Shown one piece after another: positions 17,005-26,025 of a DNA stretch of 33,605 nt; positions within the stretch are counted from its first letter, which is position 1, and every line of letters begins with the position of its first letter. This stretch comes from Candidatus Poribacteria bacterium. Lineage in GTDB: Bacteria; Poribacteria; WGA-4E; UBA9662. The notes below the pieces were generated by a model. That model saw nothing but the letters and a program-made list of their open reading frames with translations, was not told where the DNA came from and did not search any database. The DNA is taken from assembly GCA_046582655.1 (NCBI GenBank), contig JAYGDX010000075.1, positions 1 to 33,605 of the forward strand, written 5' to 3'. A program made the position numbers and the translations under genes.

Positions 17005-18066
17005 ATGATTAGTAAATTAGTTGAATTCTCAACCATGATCAGCTCCTTTCTGGTACAAAGCCTTGCCTATCCCGATACACTTCCGTCCGGTTTTGCTCCT
17101 AAGCGGATTCTGGTAATTAAATTGGATCATTTGGGGGATCTCTTACTTGCAACTCCCGTTTTTTCAAACGTACGTCATGCTTTTCCGGCGGCTCAAATTG
17201 ACGCACTCGTCGGCGATTGGAATTACGAGGTTTTGCAAAATCATCCTGATGTGGATGGGATTATTGGCTATAACTCCCATTTCTTTTCGCGCGGAGTAAA
17301 TCCAACCAATCTGCGACAAACATATGACATTTTTTGCCGCTTGCAAGAACAACAATATGACCTTTTAATAGATTTGCGAGGGGATTGGGTAACGGTGGTC
17401 TTCGCGTTATGGGCGAATATATCTTATCGTCTTGACCGAGCGTATCTGCAAGTCGGGAATAAAATCGGTTTAAATGGCTATAAGGCATTGCATGAATCAG
17501 CTCGAAACCTAAATCTTCTTCGGTCGGTTCAGATTCCAACTCCAGTTTGTACAACAGGTTTTTATACGGCAAAAACTGCAAAATTGTGGGTTGATGACTA
17601 TCTGGAAAAATTAGAGGTTTGTCGTAATCTGCCGCTGATTGCCATTCATGCCGGTTCGCCAATTGCAACTAAACGATGGCCAACCAGCCGTTTTGCTGAG
17701 TTAATGGATTGGCTCATCTTTCATTATCAAGCACAGATTTTGCTGGTTGGAGTCAAATCAGAATTGCCCATTAACACTGATATTGAAAGTAGAATGAAGA
17801 TGAAAGCCTTCAACGCCGTGGGTGAAACTAATCTGCAGCAACTGGCTGAACTTTTGCGACACTGTAATTTGTTCATTGGTAACGATTCCGCGCCAATGCA
17901 CATTTCTGCTGTTGTTGGAACAAAGACAGTCGGTCTATATGGCGCCAGTAGTCCAAGCCGTTTCTGTCCGATTGGACCACACTGCACAATTGTTACAAGA
18001 AAAGCAATGGATCAGATTCACGTTTCAGACGTGGTTTCAGAAATTGGTAGTTTAGTGTTGACTTGA
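17005..18066 (+). CDS. Glycosyltransferase family 9 (LPS heptosyltransferase-like)
   Basis: ILVIKLDHLGDLLLATP, YDLLIDL, KRWP, GNDSAPMHISA, TVGLYG. Confidence 0.92.
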   Translation: MISKLVEFSTMISSFLVQSLAYPDTLPSGFAPKRILVIKLDHLGDLLLATPVFSNVRHAFPAAQIDALVGDWNYEVLQNHPDVDGIIGYNSHFFSRGVNPTNLRQTYDIFCRLQEQQYDLLIDLRGDWVTVVFALWANISYRLDRAYLQVGNKIGLNGYKALHESARNLNLLRSVQIPTPVCTTGFYTAKTAKLWVDDYLEKLEVCRNLPLIAIHAGSPIATKRWPTSRFAELMDWLIFHYQAQILLVGVKSELPINTDIESRMKMKAFNAVGETNLQQLAELLRHCNLFIGNDSAPMHISAVVGTKTVGLYGASSPSRFCPIGPHCTIVTRKAMDQIHVSDVVSEIGSLVLT

Positions 18067-18087
18067 AATTGTCAACCATGTTAGAAT
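18058..18087 (+). promoter_or_regulatory. Sigma-70 promoter upstream of the lipoprotein at 18267
   Basis: TTGACT-18 bp-TAGAAT with extended -10 TG. Confidence 0.5.
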
Positions 18088-18266
18088 AGTGTTGCGCTTG
18101 GTAGGATGGGATTTGGGTCCATTCTGTCGAACCGCTGCTGGCGAGCGGCACCAAAAGATTTTTTATATGAGGTCTGATTGGCCAAAAAAGCTTAAGAAGA
18201 TTAGCATCTTGACCAACAAGTGATAGACTAACCAGACGCGTAAATTGTGTTTTGTGAGGAGCTAAA

Positions 18267-19097
18267 ATGAAAAAGAGATCGATTTGGAGTCTGATAACAC
18301 TGTTAGCGTTCGCAGTATCGTGTTATACCCTAATTGGGTGTGGAAGCGAGGATCCGGTTAAAGCAAAAACGCCTAAGAAAAGTTCAATTATATCAGTGGA
18401 TTTAGCTTATGCCTCAGATTTAAATGGTGGAATGTTGCCAGATGGTTTAATCAGCGAACTCGCCACCCAAGGGATAAAAATATCCTCAGATGCGGCAGTC
18501 AAAGTCAACCAAGAAGGAAAAGAATGGTTAATTACCGATAAGGAAAACCAGCAGGCCTATACTGCCACAGCTGAATCAGACAAAATTACGTTCAACAAAG
18601 CGACTTTTATTGATTATGAAGTTGAAAGAGATGCTGTGGCTGAAACTTATAAGAATTTCGTCACTAATTATAATACACGTAAGCTGACCAATGTCTTCAA
18701 ATTATGGACCAATAAGCCGAGTGACGAACTTCTGGTAAACATCGCCGAGAACGAAACCATTTATGCTGAAGGAAAAGGAGTTCGTGACACATTGTTACAT
18801 CTGACCAAAGGGCATGCTTCTACCACCTCTGATAAATGGAGTGGATCAAGTATCAGTGAAATGTATATTCGTTCCAGGGGAGGCCGTTTAGAAGCAAGTA
18901 TCCATTCTCCGAATGCATTGAGAAACGGTGAAACATGGGTCTACTTGACCAAGATTGGACGCAAGTGGCTAATCAATAAGGTTGAATCAATTGAAACGCG
19001 AAACCTTGCTGGTCATGTTAAGGTTCAAATCCATGAGAAGGATCAACTAGATGGGATCGGGTACTTCGATAACAAAAAGTTTCTGGTTGATCTATAA
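18267..19097 (+). CDS. Hypothetical lipoprotein; C-terminal half possibly NTF2/SnoaL-like
   Basis: GAGGAG RBS; lipobox [40 protein letters not shown] resembles the NTF2-like pattern. Confidence 0.75.
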   Translation: MKKRSIWSLITLLAFAVSCYTLIGCGSEDPVKAKTPKKSSIISVDLAYASDLNGGMLPDGLISELATQGIKISSDAAVKVNQEGKEWLITDKENQQAYTATAESDKITFNKATFIDYEVERDAVAETYKNFVTNYNTRKLTNVFKLWTNKPSDELLVNIAENETIYAEGKGVRDTLLHLTKGHASTTSDKWSGSSISEMYIRSRGGRLEASIHSPNALRNGETWVYLTKIGRKWLINKVESIETRNLAGHVKVQIHEKDQLDGIGYFDNKKFLVDL

Positions 19098-19194
19098 TAG
19101 TTAAAGTTTTATTTTTGTATTTCGACTTGAATCGCGTCTGAATTTTTGTTGGTTGTAAATGGTTCTAATTTGACCGATTTGACCGTGTTGCTAT

Positions 19195-19227
19195 CGCACC
19201 GAATGGTGCAATGCACCGTATGGTGCG
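19195..19227. promoter_or_regulatory. Tandem palindromic upstream activator sequences (bEBP/NtrC-like enhancer)
   Basis: GCACC-GAAT-GGTGC (19196-19209) and GCACC-GTAT-GGTGC (19213-19226), centred about 109 and 92 bp upstream of the predicted sigma-54 start site. Confidence 0.7.
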
Positions 19228-19284
19228 GTCATGTTTATTGCTTCAACTCAGTAACTACAGTGCAGAGTTGGGTTTCATACGAGG

Positions 19285-19299
19285 TGGCATACTAATTGC
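19285..19299 (+). promoter_or_regulatory. Sigma-54 (-24/-12) promoter
   Basis: TGGCAT-ACTAA-TTGC, exact GG-N10-GC spacing, one mismatch to TGGCAC-N5-TTGC; oriented toward the gene at 19411. Confidence 0.8.
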
Positions 19300-19410
19300 C
19301 ATATAACCACAACACTGATTCAGCGCTCGAAAAACGATTCGATTCTAAAGTGCTTGAATAGTAATTTGGTCTTGTTAAAATTAATGTCCAACGATGGAAG
19401 GAGAAACTAA

Positions 19411-20892
19411 ATGAATATCAAGAGATCCGGAAGTGCCTTTGCTATCTCCGCAGGACTGCACGGGCTAGCTGTGCTCCTGTTAGGGGTTTATTTAATTACG
19501 CAAACAGCAGCATTCAAAAATCTCATCAGCGCAGAAGTTCTTGATGTCAAGGAACCACCTAAACCTAAAGTTCGTAAACCTATCATCAAACCTATCGTCA
19601 AGCCGACAATCCCAACTGAGAATACTGTTATTGTTGAACAGGTTCAAGTGCAGCCCAGGATAACAACGGCAGCTGTTCAACGTCCGACTACCGTTCAAAC
19701 ACAAACTGTGTTGGAATTCGCACAGCGCAGAGTTAAAATCGACGCGCCGATCAATCCGAATGTGCCACGTGTCGTAACAAACACACCAACACCACAAGTT
19801 ATTACGCATACCAATCTTCCTGTTACAGATGCCCCCGGAGCTTTGGCGTTTTCCGGCCCTGTTGCTTCAGCACCACCAGGTGGCAGACCGGGAGGAATTG
19901 CCCGAGGTATTGTCGGGGCTATTCAGGTCAAAGGTGTTTCAGTTAGGGCTCCTGGACTGTCAATGGTTAAGGAAGTTGGTGCTGTAAGGGACGTATTGGG
20001 AGATGTTGTTGACAATATAACTCTCGGTAACGTTGAAGTCCCACCACTAGAGCGAGGTGAACCGGGCGGACGCGTTATCGGTAGAGGTCGTGATATTCGT
20101 GGTGTTGTCCGGTTTACCCGTATCCGCCACAGTCTATCTGACTGGTGGGCAGATGCTTCGTCACTCAATGCCTTGGTTAAGTGGCTCAATGAACGGACGA
20201 AAATCAAAGCCGATATGAATGTCGAGGGTGGCGCAATAAAACTGACAGATGCAAACTTGATGAAATGCCCCATCACCTTCTTAACGGGACATGATCCCTC
20301 GCTTGTACGTTCTCGAAACCTTCTTGGGCGCCAGTACGGCGGTGGAAAGATGGATAGTCGGTTTTCTGAAACCGAGGCAGCGGCATTGCGGAAATACCTT
20401 GTTGAAAGAGGTGGCATGTTCTCTTTTGATGACTGTGGTGTGAATGCACCTGCACAAGCGATGATCCGGTTGTTTTTGGCTCAGATGCGGTACGTGATGC
20501 CAGAATATCAAGTTGAACGTATTCCAAACGATCATGAAGTCTATAAGAATTTCTATGAGATGGGTGGTCCTCCAGTTGGATTTGATATCTTCTGGTGGGG
20601 GACAAGACCACCAAAGCGTAACTACGTTGAAGGTATATCAGTTGGTGAAAAACTTTCCGTATTAATTGGACGTCGTGATTACATGTGTGCCATGGAATCG
20701 GTTAGCCTGCCGACAAGATCTGTCCATTACTCACCGGGTGTTTACCGTTTCTTTACTAATATCGTTGTTTATTCTTTGACACATGGCGATATTTCAGATT
20801 ACAAAAATTACATTCCGGAAGATTACCTTGCTAAGCGGGCTCTGCCGACATCTGCGCCAGGAGCAGCAGGAATTAGCGCAACAGGCCAATAG
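19411..20892 (+). CDS. TonB/TolA-like anchored, Pro-rich protein with a C-terminal DUF4159 domain
   Basis: TM helix with S13-xxx-H17; KEPPKPKVRKPIIKPIVKPTIP linker; C-terminal FLTGH, LRKYLVERGGMFSFDDC, IPNDHEVY, EGISVG and NIVVYSLTH are typical of DUF4159; AAGGAG RBS. Confidence 0.82.
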   Translation: MNIKRSGSAFAISAGLHGLAVLLLGVYLITQTAAFKNLISAEVLDVKEPPKPKVRKPIIKPIVKPTIPTENTVIVEQVQVQPRITTAAVQRPTTVQTQTVLEFAQRRVKIDAPINPNVPRVVTNTPTPQVITHTNLPVTDAPGALAFSGPVASAPPGGRPGGIARGIVGAIQVKGVSVRAPGLSMVKEVGAVRDVLGDVVDNITLGNVEVPPLERGEPGGRVIGRGRDIRGVVRFTRIRHSLSDWWADASSLNALVKWLNERTKIKADMNVEGGAIKLTDANLMKCPITFLTGHDPSLVRSRNLLGRQYGGGKMDSRFSETEAAALRKYLVERGGMFSFDDCGVNAPAQAMIRLFLAQMRYVMPEYQVERIPNDHEVYKNFYEMGGPPVGFDIFWWGTRPPKRNYVEGISVGEKLSVLIGRRDYMCAMESVSLPTRSVHYSPGVYRFFTNIVVYSLTHGDISDYKNYIPEDYLAKRALPTSAPGAAGISATGQ

Positions 20893-20913
20893 CAAGCAAT
20901 TTCAGCAGTATTT

Positions 20914-20945
20914 AAGGGCGGCTGGTACTAAGCTGCCCTTTTTTT
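20914..20945 (+). terminator. Intrinsic terminator after the DUF4159 gene
   Basis: AAGGGCGGCT-ggtacta-AGCTGCCCTT stem followed by a T run. Confidence 0.9.
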
Positions 20946-20984
20946 ATGCCATGTTTTTGCTGAATGTTTATCTCAGTATGGTAC

Positions 20985-21013
20985 TTGAACTGAACCAAGT
21001 TACAGGATACAAT
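20985..21013 (+). promoter_or_regulatory. Sigma-70 promoter for argD
   Basis: TTGAAC-17 bp-TACAAT. Confidence 0.6.
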
Positions 21014-21057
21014 CTAGATTTACAAAGTTAATGATCCTAGCGAAGGAAAATGAGGAA

Positions 21058-22248
21058 ATGACTACAGCTGAAATTAAGGAGATGGCAACCAAATATATTA
21101 TGAACACATACGGCGACCGGCAACTAGCGCTAGTTCGGGGAGAAGGCCCTTATGTTTGGGATGCAGAAGGAAATAAATATTTGGACTTTTTGAGTGGGAT
21201 TGCTGTAAACGGCTTAGGTCATTGTCATCCTAAGGTTGTCGAAGCCATACGCAATCAAGCAGGTAAGTTGATGCACGTTTCAAACCTTTACTATATCGAA
21301 CCTCAAGCTAAGCTCGCTAAACTGATGATAGATAATAGCGATCTTGATCAATGTTTTTTTTGTAACAGTGGTGCTGAAGCAAATGAAGCCGCCATAAAAA
21401 TCGCCCGAAAATATGCGGTGGACAAAGGTAGATCCAGCGCTTACGAGATTATCACCATGCATGACTCATTCCATGGTCGAACGATGGCCACTATTACAGC
21501 CACTGCACAAACAAAATATCATAAAGGTTTCGAACCCATGTTGCCTGGATTCAGTTATGTGCCATTTGATGACCTTGACACAGTTGCAAAAGCAATTACC
21601 TCGCAGACCTGTGCTATTCTAGTTGAGCCGATCCAATCAGAAGGTGGGGTAAATGTTCCGGGTGAAGGTTATCTAGAAGGTTTGCGGGAGATGTGCGACC
21701 AACACGACCTTTTACTCATTTTCGACGAAATGCAAACATCGCCCGGCCGGCTAGGTGCATTTTTTGGTTATCAGACCTATGGTGTTATTCCAGATGTTTT
21801 AACAATGGCCAAATTCCTTGGAGGGGGAACTCCAATTGGCGCTATGCTGGCCAAAAAGGAAGTCGCCGAAAGTTTCGTTCCTGGCACCCACGCGGCCACC
21901 TTTGGTGGCAATCCGTTGGTAACAGCAGCTGCCTTAGCAACTCTTGAAACAATAGTTGAAGAGGATTTATTTAAGAATGTAATATCTGTTGGAAATTATC
22001 TTGAAGAAAAATTCACGCGCCTCCAAGAATTGGCTCCGATTAAGGAGATTCGTGGCAGAGGTTTGTTACGAGGAGTCGTTTTCGAGATTGATGCAAAGCC
22101 AATTGCGGCAAAATGCATTGAAAACGGTTTGATAACCATTTGTACCAACGATTACGTTCTGCGATTCATGCCCCCGCTTAATATCACCACGGATCATGTT
22201 GATGAAGCATACAATATCGTCTCAAAGTCAATTGCCAATATCACTTAA
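21058..22248 (+). CDS. argD: Acetylornithine aminotransferase (class III PLP-dependent)
   Basis: YLDFLSGIAVNGLGH, HVSNLY, FFCNSGAEANEAAIK, SFHGRT, EPIQSEGG, DEMQT, MAK (PLP lysine), TFGGNP; ORF open to 21031, but ATG 21058 has an AAGGA RBS. Confidence 0.93.
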   Translation: MTTAEIKEMATKYIMNTYGDRQLALVRGEGPYVWDAEGNKYLDFLSGIAVNGLGHCHPKVVEAIRNQAGKLMHVSNLYYIEPQAKLAKLMIDNSDLDQCFFCNSGAEANEAAIKIARKYAVDKGRSSAYEIITMHDSFHGRTMATITATAQTKYHKGFEPMLPGFSYVPFDDLDTVAKAITSQTCAILVEPIQSEGGVNVPGEGYLEGLREMCDQHDLLLIFDEMQTSPGRLGAFFGYQTYGVIPDVLTMAKFLGGGTPIGAMLAKKEVAESFVPGTHAATFGGNPLVTAAALATLETIVEEDLFKNVISVGNYLEEKFTRLQELAPIKEIRGRGLLRGVVFEIDAKPIAAKCIENGLITICTNDYVLRFMPPLNITTDHVDEAYNIVSKSIANIT

Positions 22249-22292
22249 GCTAGCGTGAAACAGGCGATTATTTTGTTGACTCCCACGTATGG

Positions 22293-23183
22293 TTGCTGAA
22301 CTTTTTTCAAGAAATGCCAAGAGACTCGCTTCTCACAAAATTAATTGGATCTGTTCCATTCTGCTTCAAATGTGGTCATCTGTTTTTGGCGTTGCAATTA
22401 GTACTAGGATGCAGCGGTCGTGGAACAAGTTTCCACCTCTCACCAGCAGATGCCGACATCCTTAATCCTGTCTTGGCAGATTTGCGCTTGAGCTATGATC
22501 TAACTTCCTCGCTCAAGATGCAGATGAAAGTTGTCATCGAAGAAAAAGGGAAGGCTGAAGAGGTTCGTGAAATTCTGTGGTATAAAAGGTCAAACACGGA
22601 TGGCGATCTGCTCCATATTCAAACCATGGGGGTTTTTAACGAACCGCGTATTATTGCTATTGCCGCACGTGGGAAATTCCTGCTTTACTTTGTCAACGAA
22701 CGGGAAGCAATTCTGGAATCCCTTGAAGATAGTGTTCTACATGCAATTTTTGGCATAGATCTACGTGTTTCCGATGTGCTAAGTGCTATTTTTGCTAATC
22801 CATTTCTTGATGGTAGATTAGATTGTCTTTCCCTATCGAAATCAGGCAGGAAATTGTTGGTCAAACGCATGGGTGAAAAATCTGGGCACGTCGAAGAGGT
22901 CATGATTCTGCTACAAGAACCTAACCCAACCATAACAAAGTGGATCATCAAAGATCAGGACGGCCTCACAGTTCAAGAAACGAAATTCTCCGATTATCGA
23001 GATGTTGGAGGAATTCTTCGGCCGTTTCAGGTTGAAATCGCACGTCCTCTTGATCAGACAAAAGTGTTGTTGAAATCGATCAAACCGGAGATAAATATTG
23101 AAATTAGCGATCAGAAGTTCAGCTTTAGCTTTCTACCGAAAAACACCAAGTTTAGTAGGATCAGATCAGACCACATGGAGTAA
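22293..23183 (+). CDS. Putative lipoprotein with a LolA/LolB-like fold (DUF4292 / lipoprotein-sorting-like); start uncertain
   Basis: Lipobox LVLGC; beta-rich body; C-terminal FSDYRDVGGILRPFQVEI..EINIEISDQKFSF. Confidence 0.6.
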   Translation: MLNFFQEMPRDSLLTKLIGSVPFCFKCGHLFLALQLVLGCSGRGTSFHLSPADADILNPVLADLRLSYDLTSSLKMQMKVVIEEKGKAEEVREILWYKRSNTDGDLLHIQTMGVFNEPRIIAIAARGKFLLYFVNEREAILESLEDSVLHAIFGIDLRVSDVLSAIFANPFLDGRLDCLSLSKSGRKLLVKRMGEKSGHVEEVMILLQEPNPTITKWIIKDQDGLTVQETKFSDYRDVGGILRPFQVEIARPLDQTKVLLKSIKPEINIEISDQKFSFSFLPKNTKFSRIRSDHME

Positions 23184-23200
23184 GAGGTGATACATTGAGG

Positions 23201-24172
23201 TTACCTTTCCTTAAGAAAACCACACCAACTCTCTTTTTCAGAAGGCGTTTCTTTTGATACTTTTGCATTAGCAACAAATTTTTGAAATTTCATGTAGAAG
23301 GCCTCAACAGGCATGCCAAAGCTTTTCTTAAATGCTTCTCCCCATCCTATCTCTGGTATTAGAGGAAATATTTCCATGAATTTTTGCAGTGATCTACATT
23401 GCTGGATTAAAAACACGCAAGCAATGCTTCCTCCACTATAGATAATTTCATGTACCAAATTTTCGTTTTCGAGTAGGTTCCAGTCATCATAAGTAGCACC
23501 TTGTTGTATCGTCTTTCTTGACTTTTTGTAATTATTCAAGTGTGTATTCAGATCTCTGCTATATGCTTCCCAGTCCCACCGGTCCGTTATGTCCTCAAAC
23601 AACACTGGATTTTGATAACAATAGAGACTGGAAACAAAAGTTGCCGATCCTTCCATCCACCAAGACGGACCTCTCCATAATGATTGTCCCATTTGATTGC
23701 TTGCTACAGCCTTCTCAGAGTATCCATACACGGTTTGATACGCATGCATATACTCGTGTATCGGTCCTATCACAAACTGGATTGGGTCTTGGTAGGGAGA
23801 CATTGTCATCGTTATCACCATTGTGTTAGGATTCAAACTCCAACTCATACCATGATTTCCTCCTTCCCGATTAACGCAATTTTTTTCAGATCGATTAACT
23901 ATACGACAATATTCTTTTTCCAGATTTGAATTTGATTTTCGGATAAATTTAGATTCGGCAAAAGGTTTCTGTTGGCTGTTCAAATTAGGTTCCCAGCCGT
24001 TGATCTTGATCAAGAAAAAATACAAAGGCCCTACTTTTCCCCAAATTTTTGAAAAGTGTTCAATAGAATCTCGGTAAACACACTCCCAAAATTCAGGATA
24101 TCCAGTTGTGGAGTAGTAAATTGGTTCAAAATCGTTTGTGTTAAATTTGACCGGCACATTTTGGCTATCCAT
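23201..24172 (-). CDS. Putative zinc metallopeptidase (HExxH, gluzincin-like)
   Basis: IHEYMHAYQ followed by PSWWMEGSA (third ligand Glu) and a downstream YSGG. Confidence 0.7.
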   Translation of the reverse strand: MDSQNVPVKFNTNDFEPIYYSTTGYPEFWECVYRDSIEHFSKIWGKVGPLYFFLIKINGWEPNLNSQQKPFAESKFIRKSNSNLEKEYCRIVNRSEKNCVNREGGNHGMSWSLNPNTMVITMTMSPYQDPIQFVIGPIHEYMHAYQTVYGYSEKAVASNQMGQSLWRGPSWWMEGSATFVSSLYCYQNPVLFEDITDRWDWEAYSRDLNTHLNNYKKSRKTIQQGATYDDWNLLENENLVHEIIYSGGSIACVFLIQQCRSLQKFMEIFPLIPEIGWGEAFKKSFGMPVEAFYMKFQKFVANAKVSKETPSEKESWCGFLKER

Positions 24173-24247
24173 AGTAATTTAAACAACAATACCTACCGCA
24201 AGTATAAATCCAAGAAAAGGTAACCACCCAATTAAAAACACAGAAGC

Positions 24248-25132
24248 TCATCTCTCATCAGCAAATACAGGTTGATATTCGGTTGTGGGGGCTCGGAAAC
24301 TATTTGTACGCTCAAGAATCTTCGTCAAATAGTTTTCATCGAACTTGTGCTCTCTGTAACCATGTAGAATATGTTCAATGTACTCATATTCTACATCTAG
24401 CCCTGTAACCAATTTGTTGGGATGGGCAATATATGCTTGTACAATACTCTTGTTATCAGAATGACTGTGAAACGGTATACTCAGTCTCAAGTAATTATGG
24501 GGTACGCCTTCAAATCTATCTAAGGCGGCAGTCTGATCCGGCGTAAGTTGATAGGCGACTGCGGGACATTTTTCACCTGCTCCCGCGTAAATGATGTTAG
24601 CGTAAGCCACCTGCTTTCCAGTAGCTTGTTTGTTAAATTTGAGACTGAAGCCGTCAATGTATCCTTTTTTGCTGGCCTTTATCTCACCAATCCTTTTGAT
24701 CAAACGATTTGTACTGACATTAGACCCATATGCCAAAATCCATTGATCCTCAGCTTCTTGTTCGAGTTTAAACCTACGATAATCTCCATCAATCATGAAG
24801 TCATAGTTTTTAACTTCATGATTGTAAAAGTAACAAAATGCTTGAACGTTGTTCCCATCCATCTTTTGAATTTTTATCTCTCGGCGTAAGTAAAGAGAAT
24901 TCTTTATCTGATTTGGCTTGTATCCCTCTAACCTGTCTAATGAACCTAGGGTAACCTCATTAATTTCGTATAACTCACCAAAAACCATCCCTCTTCCCAT
25001 CTTTATGCCAGGGTAAGATCCTAGGTCAAAAAGCTTGGCTTGAAGCATTGCTGGGCCTACATACTGACTGCCATCTAGGATGAATTCTCTTTCCATTCCT
25101 TTCAGCAATGTTCCATAAACGAAAAGTAACAT
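24248..25132 (-). CDS. Tandem-domain gamma-glutamylcyclotransferase (AIG2/GGACT-like plus GGCT-like)
   Basis: Domain 1: LFVYGTL..GELY..LDRLEGY..LYLR; domain 2: LAYGSN..LKFNK..LDRFEGVPHNYLR. Confidence 0.88.
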   Translation of the reverse strand: MLLFVYGTLLKGMEREFILDGSQYVGPAMLQAKLFDLGSYPGIKMGRGMVFGELYEINEVTLGSLDRLEGYKPNQIKNSLYLRREIKIQKMDGNNVQAFCYFYNHEVKNYDFMIDGDYRRFKLEQEAEDQWILAYGSNVSTNRLIKRIGEIKASKKGYIDGFSLKFNKQATGKQVAYANIIYAGAGEKCPAVAYQLTPDQTAALDRFEGVPHNYLRLSIPFHSHSDNKSIVQAYIAHPNKLVTGLDVEYEYIEHILHGYREHKFDENYLTKILERTNSFRAPTTEYQPVFADER

Positions 25133-25148
25133 GGTCCAACTATCCTTA

Positions 25149-25892
25149 GAATCTGTTTGAAAGAGATTAGATTCGCTTTAGCATCAATTGAATCATAGCA
25201 ATATAGATGATGTTCTCCAAGTGCTGACTGTTCCATTCATAGTCCCAGTTTAAGCGTCGATATCAGCCCAACCAAGAAAAGGTACGCTCTACTATCCACC
25301 GTTTGGTAGGGCTTGAAAGCCTGTTCCCTTTAAGTTGATTGCCATTTCTAACTGACATTGAAATTGATTCCACAACCATTACCCCAAATTTCCCCGGTAG
25401 GCACCGCCAGCCCACAACCGTTGAATAGAGTCAGACCAAAACCAAACCGCCGCCAGTAGACCGTAGACACTTTTGGCTATCTGAAGCGTTGGCATCGGTC
25501 ACTTTCACCTGCAATAGGAATTCCCATGGTATCGACCACCACATGTCTTTTATGCCCTTTAATTCCTTTTTAGACTCGAGTTTGTTGAGGTATAAAACGA
25601 TGAATCAAAAACCATTTTTCTTCTCGACACTATTTCCGATAATGGTAGTAGACAGTTTACCAAGGTGGAAAGTCTATGGGTAACATTCACCATTGACAGC
25701 CAGCAGATAGTGTTAATAATCAGCCGAAGATACCACTAGCGTAGGTGAGCCTCACGGGTGGAAGGTTAGGGCAGACGGGGTTGTAGGTACCGCCACCGTT
25801 TCCCCGTCAGATTGGCATAATAACTCCCTCTTCATTAACGAGGGTAACATAGAACACTTTCAGTTGCAAGTTCAACGATTTCAAACAGTTTC
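25149..25892 (-). mobile_element. Degenerate IS5-family (IS1031/IS427-like) insertion sequence, 744 bp
   Basis: TIRs GAATCTGTTTGAAA (25149-25162) and TTTCAAACAGTTTC (25879-25892), 13/14 match; TTA direct repeat on both sides (25146-25148, 25893-25895). Confidence 0.9.
25167..25826 (-). pseudogene. IS5-family transposase pseudogene
   Basis: Minus-strand fragments across frames: GCQW*MLP, DFPPW*TVYYHYRK, KGIKGHKRHVVVDTMG, VTDANASD, LWAGGAYRG, KRWIVERTFSWLG*YRRLNWDYE, IYIAMIQLMLKRI*; many stops and frameshifts plus an internal deletion. Confidence 0.9.
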
Positions 25893-25895
25893 TTA

Positions 25896-26010
25896 GTGTG
25901 CTTGAGGAAGCGGGTTTCCCTCACATATTTATTGAAGATGATGGTGATCATCTCAAAAGAATTACTCAAAGACTAAAGGAAAGCTTCGTGTTTTTCTCAG
26001 AAAATCTTGG
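25896..26010 (+). pseudogene. Possible C-terminal remnant of an alpha/beta-hydrolase (esterase)
   Basis: VLEEAGFPHIFIEDDGDHLKRITQRLKESFVFFSENL resembles the catalytic-His (GDH) end of putative esterases; it lies between two IS remnants. Confidence 0.45.
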
Positions 26011-26025
26011 TGGTTCTTCTGCCGT

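Noticed and set aside
18094..18160. Known riboswitch (fluoride, c-di-GMP, ZTP, SAM) in the lipoprotein leader
   Set aside because: Conserved core nucleotides of those classes were not found by eye; kept only as an unclassified structure
23201..25132. Anti-phage defence or toxin-antitoxin system in the AT-rich accessory genes
   Set aside because: No nuclease, NTPase, TIR/SIR2, RT or toxin motifs; the products read as a peptidase and a GGCT
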